Shown here: piece after piece, positions 26,201 to 35,766 of the stretch | Layout: each line of letters starts with the position of its first letter | How positions within the stretch are numbered: position 1 is the first letter of the stretch | Source: a virus | Lineage: Duplodnaviria; Caudoviricetes | Direction: 5' to 3' (one strand) | Length of the DNA stretch: 64,000 bases | Virus record (IMG/VR): IMGVR_UViG_3300028886_000041 | Made by a program: the position numbers and the translations under genes | The notes under the pieces: model-generated | Databases searched by the model: none | The model's input: the letters and a program-made list of their open reading frames with translations, nothing else | Told to the model about the DNA's origin: nothing

Positions 26201-26853
26201 CGTATAGCACCACATTCTATTCCAGTTGTATATATAAAGCCAATAATAGTTGCAAGAATATCATAAATCATAATATATTTGTATATTCGCCGTCTAAAAT
26301 TAAACATCCCATTTTCAGAACAAACTTCATACCAAACATATGTATATACCAAACCTACAATACCAAACCAAGTTGTTCCTAAAATAGGCGTGCACGCTAT
26401 TATAATAAAAGCAAGAATACCTCCATGTATTAAATGAAATAATCTACTTAAAAAATTTCTTATTGGGCATTTACCGTATCTATAATAATCACTATCTCTA
26501 GGATCACCCCCAGCAGGTCCACCAATAAATACTTTTGGTTCAGTAGCTTTTCGCGCAGGCACTTCATATTTAAATTGAGTATATGTACTAGAAGTAGTTG
26601 GTTTCGATTCTTTTTTAATTTCTTCGGGATCTTTATACGCAACCGAATTAGAACTTACCATCTTACTATCATTATCAAATACATATGTCCACAGCGCACC
26701 ATCTTTTATAACTGAAATAGTATATGTATCACCGTTAGTTGTAAATGAATGGGGTTTGCCATATACCATGGTACCACCAATAATATTTCCATTAACATCA
26801 TATATGTTATATGTATATTGACCAACTTTTAAAACATATGCAATCTTTTTCAT
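26197..26853 (-). CDS. membrane protein
   Basis: C-terminal TM helices; promoter motif 26863-26879. Confidence 0.75.
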   Translation of the reverse strand: MKKIAYVLKVGQYTYNIYDVNGNIIGGTMVYGKPHSFTTNGDTYTISVIKDGALWTYVFDNDSKMVSSNSVAYKDPEEIKKESKPTTSSTYTQFKYEVPARKATEPKVFIGGPAGGDPRDSDYYRYGKCPIRNFLSRLFHLIHGGILAFIIIACTPILGTTWFGIVGLVYTYVWYEVCSENGMFNFRRRIYKYIMIYDILATIIGFIYTTGIECGAIR

Positions 26854-26890
26854 GATGCATATATTATAAAAAAGAGTTATTTTAAAAATA

Positions 26891-26922
26891 AAAAAATCTC
26901 TTCTAAAAATAGAAGAGATTTT
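26891..26922 (-). terminator. intrinsic terminator
   Basis: AAAATCTCTTCTA/TAGAAGAGATTTT hairpin. Confidence 0.7.
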
Positions 26923-26943
26923 AAATTATATATTTTATATATT

Positions 26944-27444
26944 TTATCCAAAAATCGCTTGATAAACCGCAGCAATTTGTTCAGGAGTTGCTTGGGCTAA
27001 TGAATTAATTATTTCTTGTTTTTGCTGCTCTGGATTGGTTTGAGCTTGCTGCTCAGCATTCTGTCCTTGAACTTGCTGATTAGGATCTTGTTGTCCTTGA
27101 TTAGGATCCTGCGCTTGTGCTTGTTGGTTTGGATCAACTTGTTGGTCATCTTCATCAAACGAACACTTCTTACATTTACACCACATTTCTTTGCCTTCCG
27201 ATTCTTTTTCTTTATAACCGGTACTTTTCATAAAATCATGAAAAGCTTGATGGTATTCATCAGAATGATCAAAAAATTCTTTTGCTTCATCTTCGGTCAT
27301 TTTAGGCTTGGGTTGCTCAAATGATTTGGTTTCGGAATCTTCATCATTAGATGATTTTTCAAAATAATCAAATCCTTCACGAATTGTTTTGTTCTTTCTA
27401 GCTACATAAGCTTCGAAAATTATATCGTCATCACATTTACTCAT
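26944..27444 (-). CDS. late protein with D..II.EAY N-terminus and DPNQ repeats
   Basis: MSKCDDDIIFEAY; Q-rich DPNQ x3; ATG 5 nt after TAAATA. Confidence 0.75.
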   Translation of the reverse strand: MSKCDDDIIFEAYVARKNKTIREGFDYFEKSSNDEDSETKSFEQPKPKMTEDEAKEFFDHSDEYHQAFHDFMKSTGYKEKESEGKEMWCKCKKCSFDEDDQQVDPNQQAQAQDPNQGQQDPNQQVQGQNAEQQAQTNPEQQKQEIINSLAQATPEQIAAVYQAIFG

Positions 27445-27463
27445 GGAAATATTTATGTTCAAA

Positions 27464-27757
27464 TCAATTAGATTTGATTTCTTTTTCTACTTCCTTTTCA
27501 GTTTGTGTAATAACATCATTTAAATAAAAACGAGCTTTCTTTAAATCTTCCAATTTCTTTTGTAGCATAGTCATTCCTTCTTCTGCTTTATAACCTGCTC
27601 TCAGAACGTATTTAATAACACTACCCAAATTGAAAGGCATTTCACGAACTATATCGATACATTCAATACCTAACTTATTTTGTTTATAATGCGAAGGATG
27701 TTCTACTCTTCCCATTTGTTCTTTATTAATTTCATCTAATGTATATTTTTTACTCAT
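27464..27757 (-). CDS. DUF3310-family protein
   Basis: VEHPSHY..IECID..FNLGSVIKYVLRAGYK..EDLKKARFYL. Confidence 0.9.
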   Translation of the reverse strand: MSKKYTLDEINKEQMGRVEHPSHYKQNKLGIECIDIVREMPFNLGSVIKYVLRAGYKAEEGMTMLQKKLEDLKKARFYLNDVITQTEKEVEKEIKSN

Positions 27758-27785
27758 CGAGTATATATTATATAAGCGTTATTTT

Positions 27786-29138
27786 TTAAATTCTACCGAA
27801 TTTATGATTTCCTATCACAAAAACATCTTTCATTGCTTTGGCCCAAGAAGGAGATGCTAATTTTGGATTGTAATAATGATTTGAATTAATAGTAGGGGTA
27901 AATTGATTATTTACTATTTGATTTGCTAGATCTTTACATTCCTCCCAAATTTGCTTATGCAATTTATTGTTCAAATCAACATTAATATATCCTTTATTCC
28001 ATCCTGAAAATTGATATTTTGCAGTGCATACTGCTGCTGGATTACCTTTATATTTTTTAGATTTTGACCTGTTAATTATAACAGAAGCAACAGCTTCTCT
28101 TCCGATTTTCTTTTCACCTTTTGCTTCATCAAAAATAGTGGCGGCAATAATATCAACATCAGAATCATTTTTCGTAATTCGTTGTGTATTAATATTTTGT
28201 TTAATTGACGTTGGATTATTAATAGTCGCTCCTTCGGTTTCTTGAGGTAACATAAAAGTAGATCCTAACATACCTAAACCAGCAATTGTTCCTTTTACAT
28301 AATCACTAAAAGATTCATTAACACATTGTTGATATATATTTTCAAAATCAATAGATTCTTTTATTTGATGTGTTTTTATGATATTAGAATTTTTAAAAGA
28401 TGATGTTACATTTTTTCGTAATTGTAAAAATTTATTAAATGGATATTCGGTGTTATATTTTTTTCTAATTTCTTGTATTTTTTGTTTAAACTCATTATCA
28501 GAAAGAATATTTTCTTTAACTATATGAAAATTTGGATAACTAATTATAGTAGATTGTAAATACCCATAATTGGTAAAATAATCATTTGGTTCTTTATAAA
28601 CAGGTGTTGTCTTTGGTGGACATATTTGATTATCTCCTTTACCGAAAGGTTCAAATATTATTTCATACTTTGTCTCTAAACTTTCAAATATTCCTTCGCG
28701 TGCATACGCTATTTCTCGTTCACTATAGAGTTCTTCGCAAGTGGTAGCTAATTTTGATTTTTCCCCTTCATCAACATCAAAAGTATTACCATAACGTTGA
28801 ACTTCTAATGCATGTGCAATTTCATGATTAAGCACATCTTTAAATATATTTTCATTGATATTGTGAATAAGAAATATTTTATTAAATCGTATTATTTTTT
28901 TAGATACATAACAACGACCAAGAGCTTCGGTATCATCTTCGTAAAACCACTGACCCCTACTCCATCCGCATTCTTTTAATGTTTTATTTTTACCTTTTAA
29001 AAATGTACTATATCTTGTATTTAATTGTTTATCTATAAGATGATTATATCTTATTAATTTTAATATATATTCTTCTCTTTTCTTTTTAAGATATTCATCA
29101 CGATAAAGAGTGGATGTACTAGACGATGTATCTGCCAT
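27786..29138 (-). CDS. SprT-like zinc protease fused to SleB/Hydrolase_2 cell-wall hydrolase
   Basis: N-terminal LGRC...HEIAH; C-terminal TIFDEAKGE..AVASVIINR..QFSGWN..HYYNP..IGNHKF. Confidence 0.85.
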   Translation of the reverse strand: MADTSSSTSTLYRDEYLKKKREEYILKLIRYNHLIDKQLNTRYSTFLKGKNKTLKECGWSRGQWFYEDDTEALGRCYVSKKIIRFNKIFLIHNINENIFKDVLNHEIAHALEVQRYGNTFDVDEGEKSKLATTCEELYSEREIAYAREGIFESLETKYEIIFEPFGKGDNQICPPKTTPVYKEPNDYFTNYGYLQSTIISYPNFHIVKENILSDNEFKQKIQEIRKKYNTEYPFNKFLQLRKNVTSSFKNSNIIKTHQIKESIDFENIYQQCVNESFSDYVKGTIAGLGMLGSTFMLPQETEGATINNPTSIKQNINTQRITKNDSDVDIIAATIFDEAKGEKKIGREAVASVIINRSKSKKYKGNPAAVCTAKYQFSGWNKGYINVDLNNKLHKQIWEECKDLANQIVNNQFTPTINSNHYYNPKLASPSWAKAMKDVFVIGNHKFGRI

Positions 29139-29142
29139 ATAA

Positions 29143-29880
29143 CTATTTATTTAATGTTTTATCAAATACATTTAACATCGCTTTTATTTCATATAACATA
29201 TAATTGCAAGGTATTTTAGTCCATTTATTTTTCTCTTTATCTAAATGTAATAAAAATAATGTACCTATTTTAAATTCTGGATACATTTGTTGTAAAATAT
29301 ACGCATATAATGATAATTGTAACGAATAATAATTATAACTACAACATTGCAGATGATCTAATGGGTATAACATAAAATCATCATATTTTGAGATAAAATC
29401 AATTTTAGCATTTGTTTTAAAATCAACAATATTAATTGTTGGGGTATTAGCATATGAGGATTTATTTCCTTTAGTAAATTGAACAACATCAGACTGGCCA
29501 GCGATTTTATATTTGTGATTCCATATTAACATTTCACTATATAATCCGTTTACACCAATTTCTTTTTTTATAATATTATAAGCATCCTCACATGTATTTT
29601 TATATTCATTGTTATATAATTCCGGTTGATTAGTTATAAATCCCTCGACACCAGCATGTATCATAGTACCAAAATCAGTACTTTGTTTTGCCTTATCTGA
29701 CCATTCTTTTAAAATTTGTTCTTTTGTGGTATTATATTTACGAGCACATAAAGTTGCCATTTTTTCTTTTTCAAATGGTTTTTTAAACTTCCCAATCAAT
29801 GTAGTACATGATATATATTCTTCATTATTATCAATATTAAAATATTGATGGGTATCTTCTTTAAATATTACATCAGCCAT
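29143..29880 (-). CDS. PD-(D/E)XK exonuclease (Cas4/RecB-like)
   Basis: THQY, SCTTLI, GTMIH, AGQSD, IVDFKT, QLSLY. Confidence 0.88.
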   Translation of the reverse strand: MADVIFKEDTHQYFNIDNNEEYISCTTLIGKFKKPFEKEKMATLCARKYNTTKEQILKEWSDKAKQSTDFGTMIHAGVEGFITNQPELYNNEYKNTCEDAYNIIKKEIGVNGLYSEMLIWNHKYKIAGQSDVVQFTKGNKSSYANTPTINIVDFKTNAKIDFISKYDDFMLYPLDHLQCCSYNYYSLQLSLYAYILQQMYPEFKIGTLFLLHLDKEKNKWTKIPCNYMLYEIKAMLNVFDKTLNK

Positions 29881-29902
29881 GTTTAATAAATAATTATATA
29901 TT

Positions 29903-30226
29903 ATGTTAAACGAAAAACAATTATATTGGATCAAATTTATAATTTACGTTGGTACCGCTATATTAACACCATGGGCTACTTTATTCTCTGGATCTTCGGC
30001 GCAAGATATTGCTAATATGGGATGGCATAACTGGATGGGGGTTGCAATTTCAGATATTATCACAGGGTTAATTGCAGCACGGGCATTTTTAGATACTACT
30101 GCCGGGCGTATTGCTGAAAATAAAGATTGGGAAGAATGGGAAAACGATGTTAAATCAGAAGTAAAAAATAGATTGAATACTACTGTTCCAGTCTCCGGTA
30201 ATAGCGAGGCTGAAAACGTGAAGTAA
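29903..30226 (+). CDS. holin-like small membrane protein
   Basis: Two hydrophobic helices, charged tail; TAAATA upstream. Confidence 0.5.
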   Translation: MLNEKQLYWIKFIIYVGTAILTPWATLFSGSSAQDIANMGWHNWMGVAISDIITGLIAARAFLDTTAGRIAENKDWEEWENDVKSEVKNRLNTTVPVSGNSEAENVK

Positions 30227-30431
30227 CTTCTCCAGAATCTTTATCTATTTCTAATTCACCTCTTCTAGTTTGTACAATCACGAAATCGCTATAGTAATAT
30301 AGTTTTCTTCCATAATCATCATACATAAGTTCACCATTTCTATTGCGAGCTTCGTGATAATACGAATTTGTAGTACATCCTTGTAAAAGGAATACAACAA
30401 ATATAGTTGAAAATATTTTAAAGTATTTCAT
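30180..30431 (-). CDS. lipoprotein
   Basis: Lipobox LLQGC after signal peptide. Confidence 0.7.
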   Translation of the reverse strand: MKYFKIFSTIFVVFLLQGCTTNSYYHEARNRNGELMYDDYGRKLYYYSDFVIVQTRRGELEIDKDSGEVTSRFQPRYYRRLEQ

Positions 30432-32379
30432 TTAGATTTGTTATAATTTTGGTTCCTAATTTAATTGCTTTTGTGTATTTCGAACCCGGATCTTTTCCAA
30501 GTAATAAATAATCAGTTTTTTTAGATACACTTCCGACTACTTTACCACCAAGATTTTCGATTTCTTGTATAAGTTCGTCTCTACTAATATCATGGGTGCC
30601 AGTAATACATATCGTTTTACCAGCTAATTTACTAAATGCAGGAATATTGGTAATTTTAAATGTTATATATTCTAAAAGATGTTTAACTTCGTTGTTATTA
30701 AAAAGACCGGTATATAATGATTGTTTTGCAACGTTACCAATTGTATTAATTGTATACAATTTAATAGGATGTTCTAATTGGCAATCATTAAATAATGCAT
30801 TAAAATCATTATCATATGCCTTTAAAACATCTTTTGCAATGGTTTTACCTATTCCTTCAATACCTATTGAATGGAGCAACCGCCAAGGCTCAATATATGT
30901 TACTTTAGAAATATTAGATATTATTTTATCCGCTAATTTATCCCCCATTCTTTCCAAAGTAAGTAATTGCTCTTTAGTTAATTTAAAGAAATCGACAAAT
31001 TCTTTTAAAAATCCCGCTTTTATAAATTTTTCAATCCAAGCTCCCGAGACATCTGTAATATCCATACAATTACGACTTACAAAATGTTCCATTTTTGCTT
31101 GTAATACACCAGGGCAATCAAAATTAGAACAATACCATTGTTTTAATCCGGGGAATTGAATTGCTTTGCTTCCACAAATAGGACATTTTTCATCAAAAAC
31201 ATATGGAACAATATCGGGAGTTCTTTCTTCTTTTATTGGCCCTAAAATGTACGGAATAATTTCACCTGATTTTTCTATCCATATATAATCACCAATACGA
31301 ATATCCCTTGCGATCATTTCGTCTATATTATGGCAAGTAGCTCTTTTTACTATACTACCAGATATTTCAACCGGTTCGAGTTCAGCAACTGGTGTAATAG
31401 TCCCCATACGTCCAACTTGGAGTGTAATATTCAAAACTTTTGTTCGAACTTTTTCTGCTTCATATTTATAAGCAATACCCCATCTTGGTGATTTAGCAGT
31501 ATTTCCTAAATATTTTTGATTTTCAATATTATCTAATTTAATAACAGCACCATCAATTGGGTATGGCAAATTTTCTCTACGGATTTCTATATTTTTAACA
31601 CCCTGATACACAGTATTTTTATTACAATATTCGGTATATACAGTATTAATTCCCCACAATTTACAATCGTAATAAAATTCTTCCAAATAAAAATAAGGTA
31701 TGTCGCTGCTTCCTAGAGTATGAGCAACAAATTTCAATTTTCTATCTTTAATTATATTTTTATCCAATAATTTTATAGTTCCCGCGGTTAAATTTCTTGG
31801 ATTTTTATATGGCTCTTCACCGTTTTTAATTAATTCATCATTAATACGATTAAATTCTTCATATTCCATATATACTTCACCGCGAATATCTATGGTTGTA
31901 TTATGTGGAATCGTATCGGGTATTCCTTCTATAATAAATTTATTACAAGTTATATCTTCGCCGATGGTACCATCACCCCTTGTAACAATTCGTTTCAATA
32001 CACCATTTTCATAAACACAAGATAAAGAACATCCATCTATCTTTTCTTGTACACAAAATATATTATCTTCATCTTTATACGTAAATTTGAAAAACGTTTT
32101 GTTAACCCAATCTAACAACTCATCTGTATTATAAGTATTAGAAAGGCTTAACATAGGTGTTTTATGTTGCTCTTTTTTAAATTCATTTGTAGTATTAAGA
32201 GTTATTCTGTTAAGTATTGAATTTTCTGGTATATTATTGTTATATAATTTTCTTAATACAACACACTGTTCATCAAATTCACGATCTGATAATCCTGAAT
32301 TTATACCTAAACAATAATCCATCTCCGCTTGTTCTAGTTTAGCTTCGAGATTTTTTATCTGATCTTCAATACTTTCCAT
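30418..32379 (-). CDS. ligA: NAD-dependent DNA ligase
   Basis: PMLSL, EKIDG, TRGDG, RGEV, DGAVIK, CPICGS zinc finger, HhH, C-terminal BRCT. Confidence 0.97.
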   Translation of the reverse strand: MESIEDQIKNLEAKLEQAEMDYCLGINSGLSDREFDEQCVVLRKLYNNNIPENSILNRITLNTTNEFKKEQHKTPMLSLSNTYNTDELLDWVNKTFFKFTYKDEDNIFCVQEKIDGCSLSCVYENGVLKRIVTRGDGTIGEDITCNKFIIEGIPDTIPHNTTIDIRGEVYMEYEEFNRINDELIKNGEEPYKNPRNLTAGTIKLLDKNIIKDRKLKFVAHTLGSSDIPYFYLEEFYYDCKLWGINTVYTEYCNKNTVYQGVKNIEIRRENLPYPIDGAVIKLDNIENQKYLGNTAKSPRWGIAYKYEAEKVRTKVLNITLQVGRMGTITPVAELEPVEISGSIVKRATCHNIDEMIARDIRIGDYIWIEKSGEIIPYILGPIKEERTPDIVPYVFDEKCPICGSKAIQFPGLKQWYCSNFDCPGVLQAKMEHFVSRNCMDITDVSGAWIEKFIKAGFLKEFVDFFKLTKEQLLTLERMGDKLADKIISNISKVTYIEPWRLLHSIGIEGIGKTIAKDVLKAYDNDFNALFNDCQLEHPIKLYTINTIGNVAKQSLYTGLFNNNEVKHLLEYITFKITNIPAFSKLAGKTICITGTHDISRDELIQEIENLGGKVVGSVSKKTDYLLLGKDPGSKYTKAIKLGTKIITNLNEIL

Positions 32380-32385
32380 ATTTTA

Positions 32386-32402
32386 AATATATTATAGAGT
32401 TA
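32386..32402 (-). promoter_or_regulatory. TAACTC-N5-TATATT promoter
   Basis: 6 nt before ligA ATG. Confidence 0.65.
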
Positions 32403-32853
32403 TTTTTTCCCATGGAAAAACAACCCACTTATTACTTTTGATGCCATAAACAATATCATGCTCATTACTGCAACATAAACAAGCAGATATAACATTATTA
32501 ACCTTACGTTTCTTTAAATTTTCATTAATGTATTCAATTGTTTTACCTGAATCTATAATATCATCAATTACCAATACATTTTTATTATTTAAAACTTTAG
32601 CAGTGGGCAAGGACTGGTATTGTTTTATTTTTCCTCTTTTTTGACCTTTATATGATGAAACACCAACAACATACATTGGTTTATCTATTATATTTGCTAA
32701 TATAGTTGCGGGAATACAACCACCTTTAGCAATTGCTATAATATAATCTATAGTATCCAATAGATTATCTTGTTTTAATTTATTAATAATTTTTTCAACT
32801 AATTGATTAATATCTAACCAACTTAAATACATGTATTTATCATCTTCTCTCAT
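32392..32853 (-). CDS. purine phosphoribosyltransferase (Gpt-like)
   Basis: IAKGG, VLVIDDIIDSGKT PRPP motif, WVVFPWE. Confidence 0.92.
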   Translation of the reverse strand: MREDDKYMYLSWLDINQLVEKIINKLKQDNLLDTIDYIIAIAKGGCIPATILANIIDKPMYVVGVSSYKGQKRGKIKQYQSLPTAKVLNNKNVLVIDDIIDSGKTIEYINENLKKRKVNNVISACLCCSNEHDIVYGIKSNKWVVFPWEKITL

Positions 32854-33566
32854 CGTAATTTCAAATTTCCTATTCCAGGTACATTTATTGTATTTTCATC
32901 AATCATATGATAATCCGAAAAATCATAGCCATTTTTATCCATATATAATTTTTTAATTCCGGTCGATCCAAAACGGTTTTTTATGATATTCATTTCTAAA
33001 TCACCATCTTTTTTATTAATAAAAAATTGTGCATCTACCATATGAGCAATTTCGGAACTCCCTTTATAACTTCCTGTTTTTGTACTATGTAATATAATAC
33101 CAATACATTTATTGTAATTTTTAGCACATTCTATTAATTTATTAACAACAAACATAGGTACTTGTGATTTAGTAAGTTTATACTTTGTTTTATTATATGT
33201 TACTGTTGGTAAAGAATCAATAATTATAATATCATAATTTGGTATAATATTAGTAATAAAATCAATATCAGTATTATCACAAATATCTAAATTAACACCT
33301 ATACGATGACATTGCATAGCAAGCATCGACAAATCTTGCTCACCAGTAATATAAAGAGGTTTAATATTATTCGTTATTTTATATTGATAACAAATTTGCA
33401 ATAAAAATGTAGTTTTTCCCACACCAGGAACCCCGGACAATACAAAAGTTTGTGGACTATACAATTGACCACCAAATATACTATCAATCAAATATATATT
33501 TGACTTATAATAATGATACTGCGAAAAATTAACAGAATCTGAATTTATAATGCATCGGTGTTCCAT
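32850..33566 (-). CDS. RadA/Sms-like ATPase core
   Basis: GVPGVGKTT, YITGEQ, IIIIDSL, KNRFG; no Zn finger or Lon-like domain. Confidence 0.85.
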   Translation of the reverse strand: MEHRCIINSDSVNFSQYHYYKSNIYLIDSIFGGQLYSPQTFVLSGVPGVGKTTFLLQICYQYKITNNIKPLYITGEQDLSMLAMQCHRIGVNLDICDNTDIDFITNIIPNYDIIIIDSLPTVTYNKTKYKLTKSQVPMFVVNKLIECAKNYNKCIGIILHSTKTGSYKGSSEIAHMVDAQFFINKKDGDLEMNIIKNRFGSTGIKKLYMDKNGYDFSDYHMIDENTINVPGIGNLKLR

Positions 33567-33573
33567 GCATTAT

Positions 33574-33590
33574 ATTTTAATAAAGAGTTA
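33574..33590 (-). promoter_or_regulatory. TAACTC-N5-TAAAAT promoter
   Basis: 7 nt before ATG 33566. Confidence 0.7.
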
Positions 33591-33598
33591 TTTTTTAA

Positions 33599-34045
33599 TT
33601 ACAAATCATAATATTCTTTATAATTTTTAGCCCAACGTTCTATTCTACCGGTAACAGGATCTATTCTATATATTCCTTCATTGCCAGTTTCTACATCTTC
33701 ATATGCGTAAGATTCAAATTCTTCTTTATTAGCATAACGATTTTTTATTTCATCAAATAATGCTTTTTCAATTACCTTATCCCCTGAAAATTCACTATTT
33801 ACCAATAAATTAGTTACTGCATTGATAATATAATTGTTAACTCGGTCATTATCTTTATCAAATTTGATATCAACTATTTCTGAACTACCAGGCTTCCATT
33901 TATCACCTTTAAAGTATTTGATTATAAAAACACCAGTTGAATACATTTTACGTTTACATTCATTGATAATATCACAAAAATAATCATCTTTTTCATCAAC
34001 AATAGAATCAACTATATCTTGTATTTGTTCTTTTGAATATTCCAT
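33599..34045 (-). CDS. hypothetical late protein
   Basis: ATG 5 nt after TAAATA. Confidence 0.7.
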   Translation of the reverse strand: MEYSKEQIQDIVDSIVDEKDDYFCDIINECKRKMYSTGVFIIKYFKGDKWKPGSSEIVDIKFDKDNDRVNNYIINAVTNLLVNSEFSGDKVIEKALFDEIKNRYANKEEFESYAYEDVETGNEGIYRIDPVTGRIERWAKNYKEYYDL

Positions 34046-34057
34046 AAAAATATTTAT

Positions 34058-34858
34058 TTAATTTTTTAAAGTAGGAATCCAAATATCAGGGCATAAATCA
34101 TACGATTTAAGATAATCTTCAATAAGGTAACCATAACCACTATCACCCCATTCTCTCCCCCAACTATTTTGAAATTCGAAATATAATTTATCTTTAATAT
34201 ACTTATACCCTGTCAAACAAATTGCGTGGTATCCTTCAAAATTTTCTTTTTTATCTTTTTCACCTATAATGCCGGTATAATCATCTATATCTTTACTATA
34301 TACCTTAAAGCATAATAATACCGGAAGTTTGTCATTTTCTAATGCATATTTTATTTGTGTGATATTATTATTACAACGATAATAATTGTAAATATGGAAA
34401 CATTTACTATAATCAGTATCAGCATCCGGTTCTGAAAATGGTGAAGACATATCACATCTATAAACACCATATTTTTGTAAAGCTTTCATTAAACTCCTCA
34501 TTGTTGCACCATTATCTAAGTTTACAGGAGAATTATCCTCCTTTCTTGCAAAATAATAAACAAACCAAGGATTTAATTTATGATCTTTTGCCTCTAAAAA
34601 TCTTGATAATATTATATTAGTAGCTGCGATACCTGAATGACCAGTACAAGAATTTGTTTGTAATTGATTTAATACGCTACAAGAATAATTTTTTAATGAG
34701 AAATATGATGAAAATCCTGCTTTAATATCAGATTTCGATATATCGGGTGAATATATATAATCCCTTTTATCATATGTATCTACAGATCTAATACCCAAAT
34801 GGCGATTTTTTCTAATCTGTCGTGTTTTAAATAATCTGAATATTTTATTGAGAAACAT
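34058..34858 (-). CDS. papain-like C1 cysteine peptidase
   Basis: NQLQTNSCTGH, GYHAICLTGY, QNSWGREWGDSGY. Confidence 0.92.
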   Translation of the reverse strand: MFLNKIFRLFKTRQIRKNRHLGIRSVDTYDKRDYIYSPDISKSDIKAGFSSYFSLKNYSCSVLNQLQTNSCTGHSGIAATNIILSRFLEAKDHKLNPWFVYYFARKEDNSPVNLDNGATMRSLMKALQKYGVYRCDMSSPFSEPDADTDYSKCFHIYNYYRCNNNITQIKYALENDKLPVLLCFKVYSKDIDDYTGIIGEKDKKENFEGYHAICLTGYKYIKDKLYFEFQNSWGREWGDSGYGYLIEDYLKSYDLCPDIWIPTLKN

Positions 34859-35075
34859 TGTATATTTGTTTTGCTTTTTGAATTTGTGATAATGTATATT
34901 GTTTGTCTAGCCAATAAGAATCTGGATAATCAATTACTGATGGATTCTCCATTAATTCCACATATATTCGCTGTATTTTATCGGCTTCATATAAATCATC
35001 ATTATTATAACTGATACATCCAGTTAAAACAATAAAAATAAAATATAAAAATATATATTTAATTTGCATGCACAT
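34845..35075 (-). CDS. lipoprotein
   Basis: Lipobox VLTGC. Confidence 0.65.
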   Translation of the reverse strand: MCMQIKYIFLYFIFIVLTGCISYNNDDLYEADKIQRIYVELMENPSVIDYPDSYWLDKQYTLSQIQKAKQIYNVSQ

Positions 35076-35088
35076 AAATATTTATACC

Positions 35089-35715
35089 ATGTCTAAAGAT
35101 GATTCTGAATTAATTTATGAAGCTTATACAAAAAGCTGCGAACAAATAAACGAAGGTATATTAGCGAGAGCAAGAGCCGGTTTAAATAATAGTGTATTGG
35201 GTAGAGCTGTTAATGCCGCTGGTAATTTGGTAACAGGCAACTGGTCAAAAATTGGCAGAGATATTGGATCGGATAGTGCTCATCATAAGTTCGATTCTCT
35301 TTGGAAATCACATCAAAAAGCATTCCAAAAAACAATAAGCAATTTTGTTAATGATTTAGTTAAATCAGAAGTTTTAAATCAAGCACAAGGTGCACAATTA
35401 ACACAAGAGATATTTAATACTATTACAACTTCTGCAAATAATATAATGGGCGCTAATAAAGGAACTGCAATAACTCAAACAGGTAATGCTATTGCTAACG
35501 CAAGTAAAGCTGTAGGTAATACAGTCGGCAATGCGGCCAAGAGTGCAGGGCAAGCAATTGGTAATGCTGGTAAAGCTGTAGGTAATGCATTAGCAAGCCC
35601 AAGTCAAACTTTAGGTAAAGCATATGGTGCGGGAAAAGCAGGTATTAAAAACTTTGGTACAGCCGCGAAACAACAAGAGAAAAAAACATTAATGAACCCC
35701 GCGCCAGTGGCATAA
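35089..35715 (+). CDS. putative internal head protein, Ala/Gly-rich
   Basis: MSKDDSELIYEAY...INE; KAVGNA-type 11-mer repeats; ATG 8 nt after CATAAATA. Confidence 0.7.
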   Translation: MSKDDSELIYEAYTKSCEQINEGILARARAGLNNSVLGRAVNAAGNLVTGNWSKIGRDIGSDSAHHKFDSLWKSHQKAFQKTISNFVNDLVKSEVLNQAQGAQLTQEIFNTITTSANNIMGANKGTAITQTGNAIANASKAVGNTVGNAAKSAGQAIGNAGKAVGNALASPSQTLGKAYGAGKAGIKNFGTAAKQQEKKTLMNPAPVA

Positions 35716-35737
35716 TATAATTTAAATAATTTAAAAC

Positions 35738-35766
35738 AAAAGAGCGGAAATATTTCCGCTCTTTTT
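35738..35766. terminator. bidirectional intrinsic terminator
   Basis: AAAAGAGCGGAAATATTTCCGCTCTTTT between convergent genes. Confidence 0.85.

Noticed and set aside
30596-31159. 187-aa plus-strand ORF and similar antisense ORFs
   Set aside because: Entirely antisense to ligA, with no recognisable motif or promoter.
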